A DNA stretch of 64,000 bases, from positions 84,010,001 through 84,074,000 of the forward strand of contig OX597826.1 of NCBI GenBank assembly GCA_951406725.2. The letters are read 5' to 3'. A model generated the notes under the pieces. That model saw only the letters and a program-made list of their open reading frames with translations. It did not search any database and was not told where the DNA came from. Positions 1-12,039 of this stretch are shown one piece after another (position 1 is the stretch's first letter; the number at the start of each line of letters is the position of its first letter). Position numbers and translations under genes: made by a program. Source of the stretch: Octopus vulgaris. Its lineage: Eukaryota.

Positions 1-72
<72 letters not shown>
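1..72. repeat. (TA)n microsatellite
   Basis: Pure TA dinucleotide run at the window start. Confidence 0.98.
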
Positions 73-76
<4 letters not shown>

Positions 77-1034
77 CATTTGATGTCCATGTTACTCGCT
101 GGTATGGATTTGACAGGCCTGTCTACTTAGGTACAGTTTCTACAACTTGATGCCCTTCCTAATGTCAACCATTTTACAGTGTGTATTGGGTGTTTGTTTC
201 ATGGCACCAGCAGAAGTGAGGTTGTCATGAAGCTTGTGAAATTACAAACCCTGAGAGAGGCAGCATTATGCTACAAAATGCAGGTTAGATTATGATGGAA
301 GGATTGAGAACAAGTTTCTTGCTATAAAGTGGCTACTCACATTTTAAAAGAGGTTTGGAGTGACCAGGGTTGAGCTAGGAAGAGTTGAAATAGTGGTGAT
401 GAAGTGGTGTCCGTATGAACCTTCAAGATATAAGGTAAATGAAGTAAATAAGAGCAGAAGTAGAAGTATGGTTGGGTGGAGGCTGCAAGAGTTTGTGGAA
501 GAGTGAGAGATGGGGAGTGGGTGAGAGGGGTGAATATAATGAATGAAGAACAAGAGTTAAGGGGATGATGACTGGCGGCAGTAGGGGAGAGTAGGTGAAA
601 CCTTTAGAGGCTGGAGGGGATTGAAAGATGGAGGTAGCGAATGGCAAATAAGGGATTGGGGATGACCGACGATGCAGGATGGGGGTGAAGAGTACCAGAA
701 CAGTTATGAGGATACTTAGGATGGGGTTAAAGGAGGGGATGAGAGAAAGAGATGACAAATGGCTGGGTAGATGGCAAAAATAGGAGGGAAGGGAAGAGAT
801 GCTGGCAAAGTTCATGGGAAGAGCAAGAAGCATATTGATGGTGAGGAAGGTGAGACAATTTGGTGTGAATGTGGGTGGAGAGAACAGAATTTAGGAAGAG
901 AGTGATGTACATCAAGTAAAATAGCTTCAGCTTGTGTGAAGACTAATGGTATCAAGGAAAAGCTGCAGTGAGAGAGATGATGGCTATCTTGAGAGGACAT
1001 TGGGCCAAGGACCCAGTTGTGCATATATATTACC

Positions 1035-1420
1035 ATCATCATCACTGAGCATCTGTTTTCCATGCTGGCACAGGTTGGACGGTGTGACAGGAGTTGGCAA
1101 GCCAGAAAGCTACACCAGACTTAGATTGTCTGTTTTGGCTTGGTTTCTGCAGCTGGATGCCATTCCTAATGTCAACTGCTGCCATAGTGTCCTGGGTGCT
1201 TTATACTCTGTTGTGCAAAGACACTGACATTACACTTTCAGCAAAGCATACAAGCTTCATTTCTTACAAGCCTACGCATCTCCTCAGCAGTCACAACCCA
1301 TGTTTTACAGCTATGTAGCAAGGCTGTTTGCACACAAGCATCATACAGTCTGCCTTTCACTCTTTCTAAGGAAACATGTACATAACTTCTTGCATCACAT
1401 GCAGTTCTCTGGATATGACC
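1035..1420 (-). mobile_element. Degenerate RTE LINE 3' fragments
   Basis: Minus ORF 1238-1459 contains RVKGRLYDACVQTALLHSCKTW, the same segment as the RTE copies at 13651 and 38554. The adjacent 1035-1200 matches the RTE 3'UTR (gatgccattcctaatgtcaac). Confidence 0.75.
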
Positions 1421-2394
1421 AGAAATATATATTGTACATACATATTGTACAATATACAATGTCTCTTCAGATAATAAACATAATAATATGTGTAAATATT
1501 GGGATCAAAACAAATGCCTTTTAAATAACCAATGTCTTAGAAATAATTTTGTATTTAAATGTTCTCTGAAAACACTTGATAATCATATACATACCTTTAA
1601 TAATAAAAGAAAGCTGTTAGCAGTTCACTTGTTAGATTTATCTGAAATCTCAAAGAGAAGAATATTGATTACTCAATTTCATGGCCAATCATATGTACTG
1701 TACTTCCATACAAAGGAGATAGGATCACTGTAATTTATGTTCTGTGGAAGCCCTTGAAATTCTCAGTTGTTAGTCTGGTCTAACTAATAAACAATAAATT
1801 ATCGATCTATTGTTCTTATCAGTTCAGTTGCACTTTCTTAATAACTCAGCTAACTGAATTCTAATAGAGTTAAAGATAGCATTCTTAATCTTTGCATTAT
1901 TTTGTATCATTTAAATTGTCCTCCTTTACATTTTAATTCTTCTTGCTTATTTTTTTTCCTATATAAGTAATCATTTATTTTTTAATTAATGATTTTATAT
2001 AATTTCAACTGCAAATGATTTAATACTATTGTATCATGATTCTTTGGCAGTCTTATATTCTATGTCTTTATTCACATTACTTGCTCTCACCCTTTCAAAT
2101 CTTATCTCCATCTCAGTTTCTTCTTTATGTTTTTTTTCTTTCTCCAATACAAGGCACTTCTAAGAATATGGCAGTAAATGTCTCCATCTTAGTTCTTAGT
2201 CTATTTATCTCTCCTCTGGTCTTTAGGTATGCAATAACACTCTCAGTTCCCTGAACCTACCGGTTGGTTGCCCAGGCAGTTTACAATCAATTAAATGAAT
2301 GGATGACACCTTGTCTTTTCATAATCCCTTCCCTTGCGTGTTTCTCTGTTAATGCAACAACTTGCTCTTCAGTTTATTACTACGATAGTATAAG

Positions 2395-2720
2395 TGGAGG
2401 TGCAATGGCCCAGTGGTTTGGGCAGCAGACTCACTGCCATAGGATCATAGTTTCAATTCCCAATCCAGGCATTATGAATGTTTATTGAGCAAAAACACCT
2501 AAAGCTTAATGAGGCTCTGGCAGGGGAGGAGGTGATGAACCCTGCTGTATTCTTTCACTACAACTTTCACTCTTTCTTCCTGTTTCTGTTGTACCTGTAT
2601 TTCAAAGGGGCCAGCCTTGTCACACTCTGTGTCACACTAAATCTCCCCAAGAACTATGTTAAGCCACTCGCACATTAATTTCTGGAACCCTCGTCGTTGT
2701 AACTGACAGAGTGCCATGAT
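2395..2720 (+). mobile_element. tRNA-derived SINE copy
   Basis: Head ggaggtgcaatggcccagtggtt...gtttcaattccc resembles Pol III A/B boxes; SINE-sized body. Confidence 0.55.
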
Positions 2721-3194
2721 GATAAGCTCTTCTCTTTTGCATTATCCTTAACCAAATCTGCCCATGCAAATTTGTATTACGGTTATGCCAAGTCTAATGA
2801 GACAACTGATGGAAAATTTCATTTAATATTTGATGTTCTTTTTTTCATGAATATGTTTATTTGTATAATTATAGTATTTTCATTGAGGTAACAATTCCAC
2901 TTCTTATTGAAATGATCATAACTCATTAATAAATATAATACTATCATCTTCATTCCTTTGTTTATACTCTGCAATGGATGCACCATCTTCATAATCTGTA
3001 TATTTTCCTGGCTTTACACTTTGTATGGAATGGTTTTTCTTCAATTAACTGATTAATCATTCTAATTTTCCTCAGTCTACAATCAGCTTGGATTTCACAT
3101 AAAGTGCAGCTGATTTGCTGTACTTGCTTAGATTTCCTGAATCCCAATCCTTTTACACACACGCACACATACACACACATGCTCTCACCCATCC

Positions 3195-3251
<57 letters not shown>

Positions 3252-4081
3252 GTATGTATGTATGTATGTATATATATATATATATATTATGTCAGGTCAC
3301 TTTCGAGTGAAACTGGTAACATGTAACCCAGTACAACCTGTTGCATGGTTGGGTCATCGGTGACTAAACCGGCAACCCCACCAAGCTTGCTTGGTGAGGA
3401 GGGTGTTTATTGGACACCCTGTGGGATGAAAAACAAAACCCGTTAAAGGGCGGAGGGCCTCTTGAGAGTCAACGGCCATCCAATAAATGTTAGCACGGGT
3501 ACGCAGAAATTCCAGGATGGTGTCCGGCATGCTGAAAGACCACTGGGAGTGAGGCACCCCTCAGCTTTTGTTAAAGCATGTCTCTAGGAGAAGGTCACTC
3601 TGATATAAAACCAGATATGCAGAGAATGGCATTGGACATTTTGGGGATCTTTGGTTTGCGCTAGAGATCATGGCGCTCCCACATCCCTGAGCCTGCACCT
3701 CATATTGGCACCAGACACCTTGCTCCAGTTTGTCTTGGGATAATGTCAATAAAGTGAAGAGGGTCTATGAGGTGTTGTGCAAGCCTTATTGGACCTAAAA
3801 CTCTGCACAGGCATTGCCGACCTTTGCTCGATATGTGCATTTTTAAAAATTTTATTTTTATTTTTTCCTCTATATATATTTATCTTATTTTTAGTATATA
3901 TTTTCTTCAATTTTAGTATATGTATATATATTTTTTTTATTTGGAAGTCCTGCGGCGATGGGAAGGTGATGAAGCATGCAGACCTGACGGGTTGGAAGCA
4001 TGTAGTCAGCGACCTGCACGTAGGCGGCCATGCTAGATATAAAGTCGTCTCCTTGTCACCCATGACAGTGGTAGGATTCAG

Positions 4082-7000
4082 TTGCTGCATGGGTGTCTGA
4101 GCAGTTCCATTTGGAGAGGGCACTGGTCACCCAGAGACCGGGGAGTTTCTAGAAAAGGTGAACCAAAAATTGCCTGTCTTTCCATATCTGGTCAGTTTAG
4201 CGTGACTGACAGATGTCCACCCTGCGCTCAAAAAAGAAAGAGTTTTTTATCTATAAAATCTGGACGGAACTTAAACATTTCATGTTGGAATGTGCGCACT
4301 CTGTTGGACAACAAGAGTGATTGCAGGCCTGAAAGATGCACTGCACTTGTTGCTCGTGAGCTGAACCATTATAAGATTGATATAGCTGCACTCTCAGAGA
4401 CTCGTATAGAAGGTGATGGTCAGCTTGAGGAAGTAGGAGGTGGATACACCTTTTTTTGGAAAGGAAGGCAGAAGGAGGAGCGCAGAGAGGCTGGTGTTGG
4501 TTTTGCAGTCCGATCTGATATCCTTAAGAAGTTGGAAGAGCTCCCTGTTCCTATAAATGAACATATAATGACCCTACGGTTGCACTTGAAAGGTAAGCGG
4601 TTTGCTACTCTAATAAGTGCCTATGTACCTACTTTGACTAACTGTGATGAAGATAAAACAATCTTTTATACCCAGCTGAGAGCCATACTTAGAAAAATCC
4701 CCAATTCTGATAAAGTCATTCTACTGGGGGATTTTAATGTCAGAGTTGGAACAGACTGGCAAACATGGAACTCTCTAGGACGTTTTGGAGTAGGGAAAAT
4801 GAATAGCAATGGTCTCATGCTACTGGAGCTTTGCAAAGAACATGGACTTTACATTGCAAGCACACATTTTGTGCACAAAGGTGATCATACAACAACATGG
4901 ATGCATCCAAGGTCCAAAGTTTGGCACTTGCTGGATTATGTCATCATCCGCAAGCGTGACATTTATGACATCTGTAATATCAAGCCCTTGCATGGATCAG
5001 AATGCTGGATGGACCACAGTCTGGTGTGAGCAAAGTTCCGAATGGTGATTAGGGCGAAAAAGAGAAGAGGACCTGTCAGCATTCCTCGCTGTCTAAATGT
5101 CCACAAGGTATATGATGTGGTTAGGAAAGAGCTTCAGACTCGCTTGTCCAGCATTGAAACTGCTGCAGCATGGGAAGATTTTCTAGACCAGATTGTTCAA
5201 TGTGCAGCCGAAACACTGGGGTATGTTACTGCCAGACACAGAGACTGGTTTGATGAGAATGATGCTGAAATTCAGCGCCTATTAGTGGTAAAGCGCCATG
5301 CCCACAGTGTGTTGCTGCACAGAGAACTGTCTACTGTGCAGCGAAGTCTAGCACTTGCCCACTATAACAATGTAAAATCACTACTGCAGCGATCTCTCAG
5401 GAAGATGCAGAACACTTGGTGGGAGTATCTTGCTCGTGATGTTCAGGCTGCTGCTGATGCAAATGACAGCATGAAGCTTTAGCATCTTATGAAGCGAGCT
5501 TATGGACCTAAGAGCTCAACATCAGCTCCTTTGCTTTCCAAGGAGTCTTCCACTCTGTTTACTAAATCAACAGAAATCACAGGTCGCTGGATCGAACACT
5601 TCTCTGAACTCCTAAACCATGAGTCAGTTGTGGATAAAACAGTGATTGATACTATGCAACAAAGACCTATCATTGGCTCCTTAGACTCCTCGCCCTCAAT
5701 AGATGAAGTAATGACATCAATAAGTAAATTGAATCTTGGTAGGGCACCTGGAAAGGATGGAATTTGTGCTGAGGTATTGCGATTTGGTGGTAATTACATC
5801 ACACAGTCCCTTCATGAACTTATTAGTGCAGTCTGGCGAGATGGTGCAATCCCTAAGGACTGGAAGGATGCAATTATTCTTCCTCTATATAAAGGAAAAG
5901 GAGCCAGAACAATGTGTGGTAACTACAGAGGTATTGCTCTACTATCAGCTGCTGGCAAGGTTCTGGCAAATATTCTTCTTACCCGTCTGAATGGGTGTCT
6001 CGTAAATGATGTCCTATCTGAATCTCAATGTGGCTTCCAATTTGGTAGAGGGACAATGGATATGATTTTCACAGCAAGACAGATGTAGGAGAAGTGCTAT
6101 GAGCAGAATATGGATCTTGTCCAGGTATTCATTGATTTAACTAAGGCCTTTGATACTGTAAATAGGGCCTTTCTATGGAAAATACTTGGCAAACTTGGAT
6201 GTCCGGATCACTTTGTATCTATAATTAAATCATTTCATGATGGGATGGAGGCTTGGGTCAATGTTGGTGGTGCCATGACGGGACCCATTCCTGTAGAGAA
6301 TGGTGTCAAGCAGGGTGACATTCTTGCCCCAACTCTCTTTTCTTTGTACTTTTCTGCTGCTTTTATTCATGTTTTTGCTATGGTTAGCTCTCTGGTAATA
6401 TATGTCAAATATCGATCTTCTGGCCACCTCCTTAATCTTCGCCAATTTGCTGCCAATTCAAAGGTTTCCCAGTCTATTATTCGTGATCTCCTTTATGCAG
6501 ATGACTGTGACTTAGTCACTCATGCAGTGGATGACATGCAAATACTCATGAATTGCATTTCTGCTTCTTGCAGGGCATTTGGACTCAGCATTAGCCTGGA
6601 CAAGACTGTTGTAATGTTCCAGCCTGCACCAGGAAATCCATATATAGAACCAGCTATCTTGGTTGAAGGAACAATTCTGAAAGTAGTAGATAGGTTTGTC
6701 TACCTGGGCAGCATACTCAGCCGTTCTTGCTCCCTGGATGAGGAAATATCTTTCAAGTTGCAGAGAGCAACTAATTCCTTCTGGTCTTTTCAGTCTTGTG
6801 TTTGGTCCCAACATGGCATCGCAAGGAGAACAAAAGTTGCTGTGTACCGTGCATGTGGACTGACATCACTCCTCTACTCATGTGAGACATGGACTCTGTA
6901 CAAACGTCAGGTAAGGGTCCTTGAACGCTTTCATCAGAGATGTCTCAGACACATTCTCAATGTTGGCCGGACCTCAAAAATTTCAGACACACAGATCCTG

Positions 7001-7128
7001 AGGACAGCTGATATCTTGAGTATTGAGGCGATGGTGTACAAGCACTGGTTATGTTGGACTGGACACCTTATTAGAATGAAGTCCTATCTGGATTCCTAAG
7101 CAGATGCTCTATGGAGAACTTGTGAATG
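4082..7128 (+). pseudogene. RTE ORF (AP endonuclease plus reverse transcriptase), 5' part, disrupted
   Basis: In-frame stops at 5027-5029 (TGA), 5480-5482 (TAG) and 6086-6088 (TAG), a frameshift near 7080, then the LTR insertion. Confidence 0.92.
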
Positions 7129-7703
7129 TGTAACGGGAATGAGTAGCTTTTTGCACTTTTAGGGTGCAACTGGTGCATTCACAATTTCCGTTGCTTTAAA
7201 TTCCAGATTCTACCAGTCAAAGAACACAAACGCAAACGTAAAAAATATATATACTTTATTGTCTTATCCACAGAACGAAATAAGGTGGTATATTTGGTTC
7301 CACTTAGGTCTGGATGTGGCAAGGCTGAACTTTAACGCTTGTAAGAATCTTACAAGTTCAGCAGCAAACAGAGCTGGTCAAAATGGCGTCCGGAGAGAGC
7401 GAAGAAAATACGGTCTGCAACAATGAAAGGCGTTCTGCTGACTGCTACGGGAATTAGTTGATCACACGTATGAAAATACATGCTTTCCCTTCGGTCGCTG
7501 TGCCTCAAGTCCCTCTGCTCACTGCTGCTATGCGTCTCCCTGTACCCTTTTTAGGGGAACGCCACATCATCATTCCCTCCTTCCGGTCTTCGCGCATGCG
7601 CGAGAGGACACTTCCCTTCCACCTCCCCAGAAAGCTCCAAACTCCGCACACGTGAACTGAAGTGGCGTTGCGCGCACGCACGCTGTTGGATAGCGTCACT
7701 ACA
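7129..7703 (-). repeat. 3' LTR (575 bp)
   Basis: tgtaacggg...cactaca; about 12 mismatches to 9652-10226 counted by eye. Confidence 0.95.
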
Positions 7704-7714
7704 AAGGCTCCCCC
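7704..7714 (-). promoter_or_regulatory. Polypurine tract of the LTR element
   Basis: Minus strand reads GGGGGAGCCTT immediately before the 3' LTR start TGTAGTG. Confidence 0.75.
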
Positions 7715-7912
7715 ACAAGTGCGTACGCACGAAACAAAATTCCTTGTAGTGACTTTAAAACTCAAGGTGGATACCAGATAACCAAAATAGCAGACAATAT
7801 GACAAAATGGCAGAATTTACAATATAAACAAGACATGCACCAAAAGGAAAAAGTGAAAAATGCTCAAATGAACAAAGTTCAATAAATATTGTAACTGTCA
7901 CAATTGAGAATG

Positions 7913-8351
7913 TCAAAGGTGCATGTGTAAATAGGAATAGCTTGCGGCCAAACGTGAGAAATGATCGATAAAAATTAAAATATATGAGAACCCATTACTC
8001 ACAGGCCATAGTCCAACCAAATCAAGGTGAACATGGCGAAAACGGGCCTCAGGAGAAGAAAACTGTCCAAGTGGAGCACGAACGTGTCCATGGACCCTAG
8101 CACTCTGGCACTTCAAACAAGAGCGTGCCCAAGAGGCAATCGATCATCGCATATTGGGCCAAAAGAACTGTGGCAGAGATACCCGGATGTGACAATGAAT
8201 GAAGAGCATCAAAAACAGAACGCTGATGTCTCTCAGGTACTAACGGTCTAGGAGAACCGGTGGATACATCACAAAGAATAGAGCCTTCTGCTGAAGGGAG
8301 CGGAAAGTAGGCAAACTTACAGTTAATAAACTTGGGCGAAGTTAAATCCAA
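7913..8351 (-). pseudogene. Gypsy integrase relic (zinc-binding region and start of the rve core)
   Basis: HSLSHPG (HH of the HHCC motif), CQSARV, and FRHVHLDLVGLWPVSNGFSYILIFIDHFSR in two frameshifted ORFs. Confidence 0.85.
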
Positions 8352-9630
8352 CTTCTCTAAAGGTGGTCGATCCTGCGAAATAGCAGTTAACTCAATTGCT
8401 GCAGGAGAGGAAATAGAATTGACAGATAGATCGCTAGTAACACAAAAGGCAGACAGTGCTTCAGCTGAAAGTGTAACGTTAGCAAGGGCGACAGTGTAAG
8501 CATGCTGGAGTGAAGCGCGAGACAGATAATTTTCTCTGTTAATTACGTGACCAACAGGGGTCTAACAGGGGGAAATTATGCCTAAACATGGGCGCAGCGC
8601 ATGTGAACATCCGACGTTCTTTGAGTCGGGAAAAGAATTGAGCTGACGCAGACGTGTTGCAAAACAAGGCAGTACACGTGCAGAACAGAGGTGCATGAGT
8701 GCAATAGGGCTTGCTAGGCTGAAATACAGTAATGAATATGCCAGTGATTAATGTAGTAAGGCTGAGGCTGCCAGCCAGTGCTTGAGCGATTATATGCCTC
8801 GGTCGTGCAGGAACAAAAGAGTGGCATGCCGGCGCGTTGTAAGGGACAAACAACTTTCTCTATGTATACGTGACCGACCTAGGGTCTACAGAAATGAGTT
8901 GTGTCTACAAGGGCACATGGAGCATGGAAAAACAAGCGAGAAAGGCATGTGTGACGTATGAATGTGAGAGAGATAGCATTTGTGTGTGTATTAACTATGT
9001 GTGTACGTGTGTGCGACAGAAGTACAAACAAGGTGAATGCAGGCAAAATAAAATACAGCGCATAGGAAAAGTCTCTCAGGGTATTTCAGACAAGATGGAG
9101 TTAATTTACCAGTTCGTAATAGCATGATACATAATAGCAGTTCGTTCTGTAACAGGATGTTCGGATCACAAGTGAAGATGCCGGTTGAACACATGTCGTG
9201 TAGCGGTTGTGGCTTCAATGCTGTGTCAGGTTAAATTGGTACAGAAGATCTCGCAGGGAGTGCTGTGCTGTTAATCTTGGTGTGTATACACGAACAGCGT
9301 GTAAGCTAAACTTCAGCGAGTTGCTATGTACATATCGTTGAGGTCGACGGTGTTGAAGGCGACAGTGATGGACTTGAGACACATTGTTGCTTAGTGTTGC
9401 TGGCGATGAAGATAGCGACGACGTGAAGTTGAAAGACGACAATGGTGATGACAACGGCAGAGAAAAGGCATAGTTGATATGAAGGCGTCCGTGATGTATG
9501 TTAGCGTCGTCATTATCGCTGAAGATAAGAGAAGAAGCAACTGTTGAAGGATAATGACTGCGCAGGTTGATCGTGGTTCAGACTTGGCAGAACTGGATTT
9601 TGTTGTTGAGTGTTCTCTGGTCTATGACCA

Positions 9631-9650
9631 GAATCACGTCGGGGTCACCA
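9631..9650 (-). promoter_or_regulatory. Primer-binding site complementary to the tRNA-Trp 3' end
   Basis: Plus strand GAATCACGTCGGGGTCACCA equals the conserved 3' end of animal tRNA-Trp(CCA); it lies 1 nt from the 5' LTR. Confidence 0.9.
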
Positions 9651-9651
9651 C

Positions 9652-10226
9652 TGTAACGGGAATGAGTAGGTTTTTGCACTTTTAGGGTGCAACTGGTGCA
9701 TTCACAATTTCCGTTGCTTTAATTTCTAGATTCTACCAGTCAAAGAACACAAACGCAAACGTAAAAAATATATATACTTTATTGTCTTATCCACAGAACG
9801 AAATAAGGTGGTATATTTGGTTCCACTTAGGTCTGGATGTGGCAAGGCTGAACTTTAACGCTTGTAAGAATCTTACAAGTTCAGCAGCAAACAGAGCTGG
9901 TCAAAATGGCGTCCGGAGAGAGCGAAGAAAATACGGTCTGCAACAATGAAAGGCGTTCTGCTGACTGCTACGGGAATTAGTTGATCACACGTATGAAAAT
10001 ACATGCTTTCCCTTCGGTCGCTGTGCCTCAAGTCCCTCTGCTCACTGCTGCTATGCGTCTCCCTGTACCCTTTTTAGGGGAACGCCACATCATCATTCCC
10101 TTCTTCCGGTCTTCGCGCATGCGCGAGAGGACACTTCCTTTCTGCCTCCCCAGAAAGCTCCAAACCCCGCACACGCGAACTGAAGTGGCGTTGCGCACGC
10201 GCGCGCTGTTGGATAGCGTCACTACA
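9652..10226 (-). repeat. 5' LTR (575 bp)
   Basis: Direct repeat of 7129-7703, adjacent to the PBS. Confidence 0.95.
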
Positions 10227-10230
10227 AAGG

Positions 10231-10544
10231 GAAGGAGACTCCGGCAGAAACCAAGGCTGCAATTTAAGGACTGTGTCAAGTCCTCATTAAAGGCCTGTGA
10301 TATGCAGGACACTGACTGGGAGAGCAATACCTGTCATCGCCACAGATGGAGGAAGCAGGTTAAGGAGGGGATCGACACTTTTGAGAGAGCACGTTTCCAG
10401 CATGAAGAACTTAAGCGAGCTGCGCGAAAGCGCACGGCTCGTATAGTGAATGGGGAAAGCTTGGTCTGCAATGTTTGCAGTCGTGTATGCTTGTCAAGAG
10501 CAGGGCTCATTAGCTACCAACGGAGCCGCAAATGCAAAATATAA
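10231..10544 (+). pseudogene. RTE ORF C-terminus with degenerate C2H2-like zinc finger
   Basis: GRRLRQKPRLQFKDCVK...WRKQVKEG...CNVCSRVCLSRAGLISYQRS; continues the frame interrupted at 7128. Confidence 0.88.
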
Positions 10545-10687
10545 GTTAGTCCTAGAGCGCACAATGTTCCTGAAGGTCGGCAATGGTCTTCCTCGGTCAC
10601 GAGTGGACAGCCATTATATATATATATATATATGTGCCCCAGCATGGCCACAGCTCATAAGCTGAAACTGGAATCAATCAATCAATC

Positions 10688-10728
<41 letters not shown>

Positions 10729-11324
10729 AGGTGATTAAGTATAATGATCAATTTAGTGATCAATTTGTAATGATTATGTATAAGGTCCAATTTTAACAGT
10801 TTATAAACACCAGAGATCACCAATCATGACAATCTTGTGTTGCAGATAACTGCACCAAACAAATGACAGAAGACATTAATTGAGTGTTGAGATGGCCATC
10901 TATTTATATTGTTATTATCATTGTTATAATGTGAGTTACAACTTGGTCCATTCCATAAGAAAAGAAGGAAACAGAATTTAGTGAAGTAGAAAGTGTAAGG
11001 AGTGTGTTGTGTGATGAAAGGCCATACTTGAAGTGGAAAAGAGAGAGATGATCTTTGACCTGTGGTCAAGGCACCAAAGAGATGTAGAAGCTATTTGGGT
11101 TTGCTTATTTATATCCTTCCTAATCAAACTAGGTCAGACTAAACAATTTTCCCTCTGCATCAGTTTTGATCCTTGTATGACTCATAACAGCTAAGAGGTC
11201 AATTTACTCTCATAAATTTCCCTAGTGCAACAGGTGAAAATTATAGGCTGAGGATTTATAGGAAAATAGGGATTTGATTTCGAATCCTGGCTTAGAAATT
11301 GATAGTTAAATTCTGTATATATAC

Positions 11325-11959
11325 AAGGAAATGACCAGAGACCGAGACCTTTGGAAGTATGCTGTGCGTGAGAAAACCCGGCAAGCCCAGTGAGAACAGT
11401 CAAAATCAAAATCAAACCAAATCAATTCATATATCAGAAAGCAGAACCAAATTGAGGTCGATCAACATCAGTGGGAATTGCAGCTGTGGTTAAGTGAACC
11501 ATCCGATCGTGGTCATTGCCGGCGCCACCCCGTCTAACCTCCGTGTCGGTGGCATGTAAAAGCACCATCCGTTCATGTCCGTTGCCAGCCTCGCCTGGCC
11601 CCCATGCAGGTGACACGTAAAAGCACCATCCGTTCATGGCCGTTTGCCAGCTCTGTCTGGCCCCCGTGTCGGTGGCACGTAAAAGCACCATCCGTTCATG
11701 TCTGTTGCCAGCCTCGCCTGGCCCCCGTGCCGGTGACACGTAAAAGCACCATCCGTTCGTGGCCGTTTTCCAGCTCTGTCTGGCACCTGTGTGGGTGGCA
11801 CGTAAAAAGCACCCACTACACTCACGGAGTGGTTGGCGTTAGGAAGGGCATCCAGCCGTAGAAACACTACCAGATCTGACTGGGCCTGATGAAGCCTTCC
11901 AGCTTCACAGACCCCTGTTGAACCGTCCAACCCATGCTAGCATGGAAAACGGACGCTAA

Positions 11960-11994
<35 letters not shown>
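11325..11994 (+). mobile_element. 3' end of the abundant RTE family: ORF end, ~62-bp tandem array and (GAT)n tail
   Basis: RDRDLWKYAVREKTRQ ORF end, about 5 repeats of accatccgttc...gcacgtaaaagc, CCATGCTAGCATGG palindrome, then (GAT)n. Confidence 0.85.
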
Positions 11995-12039
11995 ATAAGA
12001 CAGAGGTGATCCACCAACCTCACCCTATACCTAAGCAAA

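Larger units (their letters stand above)
7129..10226 (-). mobile_element. Non-autonomous Gypsy (CsRN1-like) LTR retrotransposon, 3.1 kb
   Basis: Direct LTRs 7129-7703 and 9652-10226 (TG...CA); PBS at 9631-9650; PPT at 7704-7714; integrase relics on the minus strand (CDVSTGSPRPLVP...HSLSHPG; FRHVHLDLVG...IDHFSR); 4-bp TSD AATG/AAGG with one mismatch. Confidence 0.93.
3290..10614 (+). mobile_element. Near-full-length RTE-clade LINE, inactivated and interrupted by an LTR element at 7129-10226
   Basis: ~0.9-kb 5'UTR followed by one reading frame (ORFs 4082, 5042, 5489 and 6110 share a frame). APE motifs: WNVRTL, DIAALSETR, LLGDFNVRVG, LLDYVI, DH. RT motifs: NYRGIALLS, DLTKAFDTV, GVKQGDILAPTLF, LLYADD, FVYLGS. 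The C-terminus resumes after 10226 with a CxxC zinc finger. Flanked on both sides by (TA)n. Confidence 0.93.

Noticed and set aside
7458-7655. Duplicated ORF MITRMKIHAFPS (also at 9981)
   Set aside because: Incidental frame within the LTRs; the 187-aa version is an LTR/RTE chimera.
9631-9650. tRNA-Trp-like sequence
   Set aside because: Only the 3' 20 nt including CCA are present; this is a primer-binding site, not a tRNA gene.
11495-11830. Regularly spaced repeats resembling a CRISPR array
   Set aside because: Units are contiguous tandem repeats without unique spacers, inside a eukaryotic LINE 3'UTR; no cas genes.
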